Shown one piece after another: positions 1-10,940 of a stretch of DNA of 64,000 bases. The DNA is taken from positions 1-64,000 of the forward strand of contig JAUCBJ010006471.1 of assembly GCA_032718475.1 (NCBI GenBank), given 5' to 3'. How positions within the stretch are numbered: the stretch's first letter is position 1; every line of letters begins with the position of its first letter. The position numbers were made by a program, and so were the translations under genes. This stretch comes from Nemertoderma westbladi (taxonomy: Eukaryota > Animalia > Xenacoelomorpha). The notes below the pieces were generated by a model. It ran no database searches. It was not told the origin of the DNA and saw only the letters and a program-made list of their open reading frames with translations.

Positions 1-1629
1 GCATACATTACTTAATTTTGCCGTTTACATTTAGTTAACTAAATGTAAGTCATAGTCTTTCCAACATGGCATTATATGTTATACTTACGATAAACACCTA
101 ATAAAAAGGCACAAATCGTACATTTATATCGCACATTATATGTTTTTTAAAACAAATTTTGTGCTTGTAAATAGATTTTTGGATCACTAAATTAAGCAAA
201 AATATTTGGACTGCAGCTTTTCACATTGGAATGGAGAACAGATACAATTTAATTGTGGATATCAGGTAAAATGCCTGCACAAAATGTATTTTGTACGTTT
301 TAGTTAATTAATGGGCGATTAATAACAAATAATATTTACATCTCTTTCTCTAGTTCCATCTTGATTCGAAGTAGATTGGTTACATACTGTGGTTTGATTT
401 GGGTTCGTTGGTACATTGGTCATTGGGATCGTTGGTGTAAATGTGAATGAATGCGATGTCCGTAAATGTTCCCTTCTATATAATAAACATGGGTTTAGAA
501 AAATACATTTTTTTATGATTCATTTAATATATAATAAGAATTAATCACTCTCATAAAGTAATGATCGAGGGGGCCTTCGGCCATGGCGAGCTCTAGGCTT
601 TGGAGACTGGACAGGTCTGTGGGGTTTAGAAAACAACGCTGAAACGTACTGACTGCTACATTATAAGTTCATTACTGCACTTCCTTGTATCTTCCTGTAT
701 TATTAATGAGTCATTGTCTGCTGGTGGTGATGGGATACAATTTAGTGCTTAACGGGTTATTATAGTAGGTCAATATTATATCATAAAGGTTGTCGAAGGT
801 ATGATGATACGAAAGATTCCTTAATGTTTGCCATTTTTATGATAACAAAAATTGTATTTATGATACCGATATTTTAAAGTTGCTACGTAACCAGAGAAGC
901 TCATTGGCTAATGTATGAATGCTTTGGTATTGCATTGCCTAGAGCGCATAGTGGTAATTGTGACATGCAGGGTTCTGGAATTTACGTAACATATGTATGT
1001 ATTTAGTCCATTTAATTGGCTAGTACAACTTTCTAACAATTCGGCACACTGGTTGGTATCACCCAAGAAAACTAATGGAAATGACCTTGTAGCATAGAAA
1101 TGCAGTGTAATGGGGACTTGTAATAGCGCAGATAGAGCACAATTTTGTTTGGTCGGAGGGATCCAGATCGCACTTCAACTCTGCACTGATCGTCACAATT
1201 ACTTCATGGTTAAATCGAAACATTTGGTACCATTAATTGTCATCATTATATAGATCTAGTGGATTAATTATATTCTAAAAAACGCATGCTCTCTCAACGA
1301 GTACTGACTCCATCCCACGCATTAGCCTAAGTGCCATTACTCAACACCCAAGAGGATCAATACGGGACACTATTGGATATCTATCTTACTTACTGTACCA
1401 TGACGACCAACCGTAATATTCATAACACAAAATAATGAAATTGAAGTAAACGTCATGAAACGTTATGAAACATACGTTATTAATGTTATCTGATATGAAA
1501 AAACTTAAATTATCGATTATCGTAATTCTGTCAAAATAATGATAATGTTGTGAAACAGCTAAACGTATTTATGTTTTTGTAACTTACAAATTTACAATAA
1601 TGTAGGCATTTGGTGACTTTACCAGAACT

Positions 1630-1808
1630 TTACGAAACCGGGCCATTGTCTCTATAATAAATATTCGAAATAGGTTTTAGGTATTACTGCTTGTTTTTTT
1701 ACTATTGGTTGTACTATTGGATTAAAATATTTTAATGTACTTACAGAGTCAATGGGTTTTTGTGGATTATCACCAATGGTGGAGAACAGGCATTGCCTGG
1801 TTTAGAGT
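1630..1808 (-). CDS. Tentative terminal C-tail exons of the LGR (1745-1808 and 1630-1651)
   Basis: ttttag|AC TCT...CT|gtaagt gives (D)SKPGNACSPPLVIIHKNPLT, then tatag|A GAC...TAA gives (L)DNGPVS*. Supported by splice sites and phase only, no homology. Confidence 0.3.
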
Positions 1809-2121
1809 CTAAAAGATACTTTCACTCATATACATAAATATCCTGAAGGGGCCCATTTAGTGATAAATGTATCAGTACCAAGTAGTGGGAAAGAAAATCC
1901 TTTATTTTAAGAAATGCATTGTATTATTATGTCATCTTAGTTTGTTTTATGAAAACAGTAAATATATGTAGCAGAAGATAACCTGGCTGCATGAAAACAT
2001 AAGACTAAACTGGTTCCAGTTCAATAAAATGTTTAAGATGATGTCATGGAAATAATCAGATATTAATCTCATCAAAGATACATAACCATTTTGTATCGCA
2101 TCAGAGATCCTGTAGGGAGTC

Positions 2122-3630
2122 TGTTTGCGCTTTTAAGACCTTTGACAGTTTAACCTGCCAAATTAGGATGTCTTTTAGATGATATATAGTCTTTAGCCTA
2201 TGACGAGTATTTGATACACTACATTAGCCGAAGCCAGTCTATGCGTAAACATTCACCCGCTGGATATACCCGGGAGACTGAATTCGGAAGCTTAATGATT
2301 GATGGTGTAAGCCTACTGTATTATTCGACTGATCGCAATATATAATCTCTGACAAATATTATTCACTTTCGGGAAATATTAACAGTTCCTTTAGGACGTG
2401 GCGCTCTAATTATGTAAACAGAGTTATGACTTAAACTAGACACAACGAAAAGGCTATAGATTCACGTATATGGCGCATTCTTTAGGAGATGCTTTGTTAT
2501 CAGTTACAATCATACACAATGCTGCACAATACTGCACACCAATCTGCCGACCTTCACTAATTTTAGTCACATACAAAGAGAATAACAGACAATACATGTA
2601 GGGCCTATAAAATAGCATTACTTACTCACACGCCACTTACTCACGCGCTGTACCTCGCACGGGTTCCATCATAAGATTTGCGCCCACAACCGCTCATTCC
2701 ATTCCCCTCAACAGAGCTGCGTGTGCCGGTACTGCGGCCAATCCGCCCACTACCGCTACCACGTATTGGATTGTACCAGCTGTCCCTCTCTATCCGTCAT
2801 TGCCCATGTTAATAACTCAGTTTAAATATATATTTTATTAATTTATTTTTATGTCATCACTACCGATTTGCGTTTTATACTTACAATTTTAGATTCGATA
2901 CAGAATATACATTATACATTTTACCCCGTCCGGGGTGTTGATTAAAAAAAAAAAAAAAAATAAAATAGCATTAGATTCACTTCAAACCACTTAACATAGG
3001 TCGCAATCGTTTATCTGTAACTGGTCTCTCTAACCTTTAGTATATCAAGAAGGTTGGGTGTCTGACTATTGATCAGTATTCCAAATATAATCTTCCATCA
3101 ACAAATATAATGAATAACCGACAGCAAAAGCAGTAATGTTAAGTAAGATATGCATGATATGTTTAGGTAAGATCGTAATTAACTCGATAACAGATATACG
3201 TTCTATAATTAAGCCTACTAATGTAAGACTAAAGACTGAAACACGGAGGTGCCAAAAGCCGGTGTTCTTAGGCTCTGGGCAAAAACATAACACTGAATTC
3301 CTGAGTTTCTGTATCCACCTCCAACACAGAGACAAAAAACGCTCTGATTGGTCGACCGAACAACGAGAGAACAAAGAAACAAAGAAATGTCGACGTGGCA
3401 ATATCAGCTGTTAGCCGTCGTCATGGTAGCGACACTGTTTTCAAGAGTATCGAGCTTATTGCGTCCCGAAATTGCGGATTATGTCCTCTAAAGTACAAAT
3501 ACAGAAGAAATGGCTTTTATGTCCTCTAAAACACCAGTACAGTAAGGACACGGCCTTTTTATGCCCAGTAAACCAACTACAGAGTACTTTACGGGGAAAA
3601 TAACCGGCTAATTACGCAAAAGCTTTTACA
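2122..3630 (-). repeat. 3' LTR (1509 bp including a 353-bp insertion)
   Basis: Near-identical to 13141-14296. A short purine-rich tract (GGGAGCAG on the minus strand) lies immediately upstream. Confidence 0.95.
2621..2959 (+). mobile_element. 5'-truncated LINE inserted into the 3' LTR
   Basis: Poly(A) tail and 14-bp TSD ATAAAATAGCATTA (2607-2620, 2960-2973). Open frame 2622-2825 ends ...CVCRYCGQSAHYRYHVLDC...*, a CCHC motif of LINE ORF2 C-termini. Absent from the other LTR. Confidence 0.9.
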
Positions 3631-6356
3631 CTGCTCCCAGAAAATGGGATTTAAGTCTATAAAATATAACAAATCACAGTTTCTAAAATATAAAGATACT
3701 CTAAACAGTTAGTCTTTCTTACACAGACGGCGTTTACGCAGTTTTTTGAGGCTAGTAAGAGTCCTTTTCTCTTTGGGGCGAGCCACTTTACTAGGAGGGC
3801 TATAAATCCTGGGTGAAGGGTGCAATATGATTGCATCAGAAGGTGTAGGATTATGGTCGGGGTATCCGCAGTTTCGATATGCTTCTCCTCGAGCTGATTT
3901 TCCTCCGCTCGTAGCTGGATACGTTCATCCAAAAACTCTCGCAGAGAATGGGGTTGTCTAAGTTCGATATCTTCTTAGAGATTCTGGATTTCACAATCGA
4001 ACTGAGATAAAGACAATTCGTTTATCGCTTGGACTTGCTGTTACAACTTACGTTTATCTGAACAAACGCAGGTTTCCTTTCTGATCTTTGTAGAATAGCG
4101 TTTAACTCGTTTGGTACAACGTTCTCCGCCACTTTGGTGACAGGTTATATCGTGTTAAGCCGGGACGGGACGATGGTAAGGGTTAAACGGCGATATTAAA
4201 TGTCCGCGTCCCAATCCGGCTAGGTAGAATGGGCTAGTATCTAGGAAGCCCACAACTGGGGTGCCACCGACTAATTGTTCAGGTAACACTAGATCTTTGA
4301 GCAGTGAGTACAGCTCGGGAGGATCCGTCATACTAATAGGATCAAGAGTCTGAAGTCTCACTAGGGAATGAGGAGTTCTGATCGAGTATTCCGAAACTCT
4401 GATCATTGGTTTATTTAAGGATCGTCTGAGTCGAATGAGCGTAGGTGATACATCGAACAAGTTTCGCTCGAAACTCCCGTAAGTATAGCGAGTAAAACCG
4501 TGTTTAAAGCAACGTCTCCGCGGATGTTTATGTCTTTCCGTTTGTTGGTTGGGTCTTGGGCATTCATCGCAATAATACCAAAAACGCACGTCTTGTAGGG
4601 GAAACGCGAGTGATCTTTCTCCAGCTTACAATATTCCTCCATCCGTTCGAAGCTATCCGGTACAACAGGTAGCGATCGATCGGCGGTAAGATACATCATA
4701 GTGGAATAGAGCCGTTTGAGTCCTACCATGCGGTCATGATGTATACCTTGAGGATATCGAGTCTCTAGATTCTGTTGACTGGTAATATTGAGATAGGTTT
4801 CTCTCAAGAATTCCAGGTATTTGGTGGAGTCGCTGCATTTATCCGGCTCTTCGACATCTGCACTTTCGAGTCGGTTTCGAATAGAATTTTCGTGTTCGAG
4901 TCTCAGTTTATCGTTCCGCTTCCGCTGGGTATGATATTTAAATAAACCATTTCCCTTTAGTGCCTATATCGTTCGTATCGTGTAGGTCGATAGGATGACC
5001 AGTAGTTAAGAAGTCCATATACATACCATTACGATGCGTATAGCGAGCGGTAAATTTTCTCACTTTCTAAATGTCTATGTAAATGTCTATATCTAAATGT
5101 CACGTTGTTATTATGTATCCTTGGATACTAGCGGTGCGCTATTTATTCACTATGCTATTCAATGCGCAAGCCCTTTATTGTTCTTTTAACTCACTTCTAA
5201 TTCTAGCGTGGTTGTTGCCATGGTGACATTATGGAAAGCTAGCGGTAGAATTAGGGTAATTCTCATGCATACAGATCTGGGATGCTATTTAATAGTAATT
5301 CTTTAATTGTCAATATCCTCTCTATATGGGATTTTATGAATTTTATCGGCTATTGACTATACATTGGAGATTCTCACACACAAATACACTTAATATAGTG
5401 GATCTCCGCTCCCATGATCTATTAATTAATGGAATTTTGGGAATGTTATAAATTGTATAAAATTGCAATTTATTAAATTCATTAAAGTATGAATTTAAAT
5501 TTATTCCCTGAAATTTTATTATTTGATAGTTAAATTGACACAATTTGATTCCAGAGCATATCTGGGGACATATGATCCTTGATTCTATGAATTTGTCTTT
5601 TTAAGAGTATCGGTAAATGCTACGATATCTTAATCGACTAGAATGTTAAAGGATCTAAAATTTGACAGATTTTGTAAATATTAATAATTAATATTTAGGA
5701 TGGGCACCAGTTTATTTCAGAACTTGTCTGGGGACGTTAACCACTGATTCTAGAATTTTGTCTTTCAAGTATATCGGTGGGTGCCGCGATATCTTAATCG
5801 ACTAGAATTGCAGATGGTCAAAGGGTTTAACAGATTTATTTTGCGTTATACGCTACTGTTAAAGGGACATCACGCTACTATATGTATTATTTAATATACG
5901 GTATGAGAGCAATATCGCACGAAACAATGTCAGTGAGAAGAGGCAAGTCGTTTCCAAGGTCTACCCAGAGCTTGGTTTAGCCGAGACACGAGGATCTGAA
6001 CTTTGCATTCCTAATACTCTGCTTACCAATAATACTTGAATATAGTAGTGGCTTTATTGTACTTTAGTAAGTACGGACATTTCATCTTACTGTAGTTACG
6101 TATTTGTAATGTAATACGGACAGTAAGGAAGGAGAAAAAGAATTATTTCTCGCCGTCGCACTAAATATAATATACAAGTAATTAAGTAATAAACACTAAT
6201 ATATTGCACTAATCTACTAAATAATCGCTAAATAACATTTGACTAAATAAAATTAAAGAAAACGATTATAATAAAATTACATAATAATACATACATAATA
6301 TAAAATAATAAAAATAAATATAAAATAATGTAGTCACACACCCACTCCGTATGTTG

Positions 6357-7427
6357 TTACGTTATGGAGTCCCTAGATATTTGTCGGATTAGGGAGGTGG
6401 TCGTGGGAAGAGTATCTTGCCTTCCATAGTTTCCGGACAGTTTTCGGTCTCTTTCCAGTAAACATAAACGACCAGCTGGGCGATTGAGTGGTTGTGTTAC
6501 TTTCTCCGCTCCCTTGGCCTGTCTAATCTTCGCCGGGTTAAGATGGGGAGGCCATTCATCTTCTTTACTTAGGAAGTCGGGTTCACCTATCCAGTCTGGA
6601 GTATCTGTAAGTTCTTGAGGAGTTGCTCCTCTGGAGGCGATGTCGGCTAGATTGATCGTCTCGGGGCAATGTCTCCATTGATCTACATTGGAGTTGATGT
6701 CGTCATTATCTGAGGAGTATGGTGTTCCCTCAGTTGGGTCATCAACTTCACTGCTCTCCACTTCCCGTTCACTTAATTGATATACCTGTTCTTTTGGTAA
6801 TCTTTCCATAAGAGTTCTACGAGAAGGGCCAGTAAAGTACCAACCTACTCTAGTTCTTCCCGCATAAACTTGTAGAGGTTGCGGTTGAGCAGGCCGTTTC
6901 TCCAATGTCTCGAGCGCTTCATGCGCATTTTGACCGATGAGTATTTGGACTCCAGGGTAATCGGTGTTGAATCTAGGTATTTCAAACTGCTGGGTGAAAT
7001 CGTCCTCATCCCAGTTATAAGGTTCCACTTGGCTGGTCGCGAAGTTCTTTATCGCTAACATTTTTACTGACCTTATGCTGTGTTCTCCTAGTTCATCCTG
7101 GGGGGTGGACAACGCACCTACATAATAATCTGCGATTACTGTAGATTTCCAAACCTGCATAATTCCTGACATGTTTAGCTTAGTTCGGAACTTGGGTTGT
7201 CCAGCAAAGATGTCTTCGGCTAGTTCTTTGTCGATGAATGTTCCTGTACTACCGGAGTCAAGGAGGGCGTTCACTACATAACTCCTTTTAGGTCCGTGGA
7301 CCCTTACCTGTACTACAGGAAATTCTCGGATTCCTACATTGGAAGGTGGTGTTTTCCAAGATGGTTGTCTGTCAGAAGTAGTTAGGGGGGGCTCGCTGTC
7401 GGTGTCTTTTTCATTCGTAAGAATTTT
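6357..7427 (-). CDS. Pao aspartic protease fused in frame to RNase H-tail and integrase-tail remnants
   Basis: Same frame as gag, open from 7427. Contains ALLDSGS, ILIG and RTRVGWYFTGP; then QWRHCPETINLADIASRG..W...PDFL...EWP (end of RNase H) and RPAGRLCLL (end of integrase, DUF5641-like). Confidence 0.85.
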   Translation of the reverse strand, partial: KILTNEKDTDSEPPLTTSDRQPSWKTPPSNVGIREFPVVQVRVHGPKRSYVVNALLDSGSTGTFIDKELAEDIFAGQPKFRTKLNMSGIMQVWKSTVIADYYVGALSTPQDELGEHSIRSVKMLAIKNFATSQVEPYNWDEDDFTQQFEIPRFNTDYPGVQILIGQNAHEALETLEKRPAQPQPLQVYAGRTRVGWYFTGPSRRTLMERLPKEQVYQLSEREVESSEVDDPTEGTPYSSDNDDINSNVDQWRHCPETINLADIASRGATPQELTDTPDWIGEPDFLSKEDEWPPHLNPAKIRQAKGAEKVTQPLNRPAGRLCLLERDRKLSGNYGRQDTLPTTTSLIRQISRDSIT

Positions 7428-10400
7428 TCATTCGGAGAATTCGTCCGTATAGAATCCTTCCATCTCAGAATATTGATCAGTGTCGTTCACATCACTGAAT
7501 TGGACATGTGGTTCGGACTCACTTACCTGACTCGGGCTGTTTCGTTCGAATTCCGTGTGCAACAAGATATGATGTTTTGCGCCGCACTTTGCACACCTTA
7601 CGTCGGAGTAACAGGTTCGCCGTTGGTGTCCTCGTCTGAGGCAATTATAACACAACCGCTTATCCCACATGACTTCACGTCTGTCCTTTAGTGATTTCCT
7701 CAGGAATTCATCACACGCACTTAAACGGTGGGGCCCATCGCACAGCACACATTTGGGCTTGATGTTACTTACTTTAACATGTGCTGTGTGGTGCACGTTC
7801 GTTCTTTCCTCGGGCTTTCTCACCTGAATTCTCTTGGGAGACGTAGGAGGAGTTTTTCTTACCTGTTCTCTCCTGTCATTGGTTCGAGACTTGAATTTAC
7901 TTACCTGGTCTTTAGGCGTTTTATTGACATAATAAGATCTTTCAGTGTCTTTCCCGCTATCCTCCCCTTGAGAAGTCTGGCTTTCGCCGTCGTCTGTATA
8001 ACACACTGGTGTTACCCTTCTCCTAGAAACGGGTTTCTCACTTACCTTGTTTTCCAGTGTCTTCTCTCTGGACTGCCTTAGGAGCTGTAATTTCACTTCT
8101 CTATCTAAGAATGACATGAGATCAGCCATGGTAGGGTCTCGTCGTTGTTGTTCCATCATATATAACACTTTCTTGTCCCAGCGTGTACCTACTCCACCCT
8201 TCGGTAAAGTAGAAGCCACTGCTCTAATAACCATAGCACTCTGATACTCATGAGACTTACCTAGCCAATCTAATTGTCTGTAGATCTCCTGAATCTCATC
8301 GGAAAACTCTATAATCCCGCTGCTAATAAACTTTCGGGGCGCCATTAATTTTGCATACAAATACCTAGCTATGTTATTCCTATTACCATACCTGATGTTT
8401 AGTGTATCCCAAACTTGTCTTAATCCGTCTGGATGTCCAATAAACTTTAACGCCATTAACTTGGGAGATCCTTCCAAGCACTCGATGAGGAATCTAAGTT
8501 TCTCTCCATTAGATAGCACAGAGTTCTGTATGTTATCTTTGTAATATTCATTAAAAGGTAACCATTTCATCTCATCTCCATTGAACTTGACGATCTCTCC
8601 CACCTTTACCGCTTGCCGGGCTTCGGTTCTAGCCATTTGATGCGTAAAACTTTCTTGGGCCATCGTGTTATTTAATATCGAGTTATCGGTATATAAATTT
8701 CTCGGATTATGATCCGGTCTATAGGGAATATCATTATCAACAGGTCTATAATTACCCTTAATAGGGTTCACTATAGGAGTTTCTACTTCGCTAGCAGTAT
8801 AGATGCGTGTAGGCTCCACACCTTGCGCATGAGATACTTCAGACCTAACAGGTTGACACATTGTTACGGGGGGTGTTGGTATACCCTTTTGTGTATTTAC
8901 TAATTTATCGCGTTCTAGCGCGATACTTTGCTGCACTTCTTGCAACTCTAATCTACTTTCCCTTACTGTGCCCTTGAATTGCTGAACGGTCTCCTGCATC
9001 TGTCCGAGCAGGAGATCCATCCCCCGTCGTCTCTCATCCACCCATTCGACCGCCGAAGCGGGATTCGCCAACGTTGTAGCGGGCGGACGAGGGACAACGG
9101 GCGACAAATCTTGAAAATTTCGCTCGGAGTACAGGGCATGAACTGTCTCATGGGCTGTTCTGCTGGGCACAGGTAGCTTGGTACTGTGCAAAGGGAATTT
9201 AGAGGTAGGTTCAGGGAGTACAGGTGTCTCTACGACCGAAAGGGTGGCTTCGGGAACAGGCCTAATTATTTCAGGCTCATCTACTATAGTAGGGAGTCTC
9301 TCTATTGTAATTATTTGGTCTGTGGGTTCTGTACTACCTAAGTTGGTGTTATTTAGTTGCCTTCGAACAGCTGGAGGCAAATCAGGCAATTTCTGACGGT
9401 GGGATGTTCTTTTACGTCTGCTTAGGTGAGATCTATTTCCTTTGCCTTCAGTGTCGGTGGTATCGCCTTCCTCAGATGATGTATAACCTTGTCTTTTGGG
9501 AGTAGATCGATTCATCATCTGCATATTACTAGCTGTTAACTGTTTATTAAAGTTGTCTTGCCTCTCTTGAAGATTTTCCAACTCTAGTTGGGCGATCTCT
9601 TCAGCCGCTCTCCGTTCTGCTTCTGCCACCGCTATCTTTCTTTCCGCTTCTGCCGCTGCTGCCGCTTTTGCCTCTGCCGCTGCCGCTTTTGCCTCTGCCG
9701 CTGCTTCTGCCGCCTTTCTTTCTGCTTCTGCTTCTGCTGCTGCCGCTGCTGCTATCTTTCTGTCTTCTATACGTTTTTTCTTTACTTGTTCTTCTTGGAC
9801 TCTAGCGATGCGGAGTTGTTCATCAAATTTAGCTTGGTTCGCAGCTAACCTATCCACATCGATGGCGTCCAACACACGCTGGGCTCCTTCACTATTAGGG
9901 CTAAGTCCCTCTAGTCTTCTCCTCAACTCTTCATCTCCTACAAAACGTTGATAGTCCGACAGATAGATGTCAATAGCATCCCTCTTATGCGGTTTCTCTG
10001 CTGTCGCTTCACTTTCCACTTGGGAAAATGTAGCGTCTGTTGATTCTCCATGGGTTGAGCGCTCATCTAGTTGGGCTTTCCACTGAGCCGTTCCTTGAAC
10101 CTGGAGACTCACCTTTTGAAACCAAGTCTTTGCAACTTGCAACGACGTGTCTTGTCTTCTTTTAGAAGCCTCCTCAAAGGCTGATAAGATTAGCCTGATT
10201 CGTAGAATTCTTTCTCTAACTTGATAAAGCAGTTGTCCCTGCTCTTGAGGTCCTTGGGGTTGTTGAAACAGTTGTTTTTCTACTCGCTCCATAGAGCTGA
10301 AGAATCCCTGTGCGTATCCGGCTGCGGACCTCTTCCACACAGCTGGATCGGTGGTCTCCTTGGCTACTCCCATCCGGTGTATGTCTTCCCAGGCAGCTTC

Positions 10401-10940
10401 TGATAAATCAAACGGGAGTCCGGGTCCGGGGAAGTTCCATTGCGACTCGACCATAGACTTCAGTTCTTCCCTTGTGTATCCCTCATAACTATCTTTAGTT
10501 GATCGCTTACTTCTCGCCCAATCGATCTGGTGTTCTTCCACCGCGATCAATAACCTAGTGAGTACGGCCGCAGGCAGGATGAGAAGGGGATCCGAATAAA
10601 CCGCATCCGTTATCTTTGCTCCGCGCTCGGGTGTCAGCTCTACAGTATCCTCACTACTGGAGCTGTCGGGCCGTTGAGAAATAAGTTCTTGGCTCGCGGG
10701 TTGTTGTTGTTCTGCTGCTTCTTGGTCCCGCTTGACCTGAGCTCGAGTGCCTATGATAGACCTACGGTGTTGGACCAGCCTAGGTTCTGTTATTACTACT
10801 GGAGGGATGACCTTCCTCACAGTGGGAGGTGAACTGAACTTAGGTGTAGACGGTTCTACACCCTTATCTGAGTCGCAGATAGTTACATCTAATAAACTGT
10901 CTGACAGGTTCTGCTTAGTATCAGACATGTTTGTTTGCAC
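7428..10940 (-). CDS. gag: BEL/Pao Gag (1170 aa)
   Basis: Coiled-coil region; DUF1759-like segment (KFNGDEMKWLPF...EKLRFLIECLEG...LNIRYG); three knuckles CVLCDGPH..C, CYNCLRRGHQRRTC and CAKCGAKHHILLH. Confidence 0.92.
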   Translation of the reverse strand: MQTNMSDTKQNLSDSLLDVTICDSDKGVEPSTPKFSSPPTVRKVIPPVVITEPRLVQHRRSIIGTRAQVKRDQEAAEQQQPASQELISQRPDSSSSEDTVELTPERGAKITDAVYSDPLLILPAAVLTRLLIAVEEHQIDWARSKRSTKDSYEGYTREELKSMVESQWNFPGPGLPFDLSEAAWEDIHRMGVAKETTDPAVWKRSAAGYAQGFFSSMERVEKQLFQQPQGPQEQGQLLYQVRERILRIRLILSAFEEASKRRQDTSLQVAKTWFQKVSLQVQGTAQWKAQLDERSTHGESTDATFSQVESEATAEKPHKRDAIDIYLSDYQRFVGDEELRRRLEGLSPNSEGAQRVLDAIDVDRLAANQAKFDEQLRIARVQEEQVKKKRIEDRKIAAAAAAEAEAERKAAEAAAEAKAAAAEAKAAAAAEAERKIAVAEAERRAAEEIAQLELENLQERQDNFNKQLTASNMQMMNRSTPKRQGYTSSEEGDTTDTEGKGNRSHLSRRKRTSHRQKLPDLPPAVRRQLNNTNLGSTEPTDQIITIERLPTIVDEPEIIRPVPEATLSVVETPVLPEPTSKFPLHSTKLPVPSRTAHETVHALYSERNFQDLSPVVPRPPATTLANPASAVEWVDERRRGMDLLLGQMQETVQQFKGTVRESRLELQEVQQSIALERDKLVNTQKGIPTPPVTMCQPVRSEVSHAQGVEPTRIYTASEVETPIVNPIKGNYRPVDNDIPYRPDHNPRNLYTDNSILNNTMAQESFTHQMARTEARQAVKVGEIVKFNGDEMKWLPFNEYYKDNIQNSVLSNGEKLRFLIECLEGSPKLMALKFIGHPDGLRQVWDTLNIRYGNRNNIARYLYAKLMAPRKFISSGIIEFSDEIQEIYRQLDWLGKSHEYQSAMVIRAVASTLPKGGVGTRWDKKVLYMMEQQRRDPTMADLMSFLDREVKLQLLRQSREKTLENKVSEKPVSRRRVTPVCYTDDGESQTSQGEDSGKDTERSYYVNKTPKDQVSKFKSRTNDRREQVRKTPPTSPKRIQVRKPEERTNVHHTAHVKVSNIKPKCVLCDGPHRLSACDEFLRKSLKDRREVMWDKRLCYNCLRRGHQRRTCYSDVRCAKCGAKHHILLHTEFERNSPSQVSESEPHVQFSDVNDTDQYSEMEGFYTDEFSE

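Noticed and set aside
320-620. Possible further minus-strand exons
   Set aside because: Several AG/GT combinations are possible, but there is no consistent frame or homology to choose among them.
3066-3414. Identical ORF pairs at 3066-3414 and 13732-14080
   Set aside because: They lie inside the two LTRs; identity reflects LTR duplication and no domain is recognisable.
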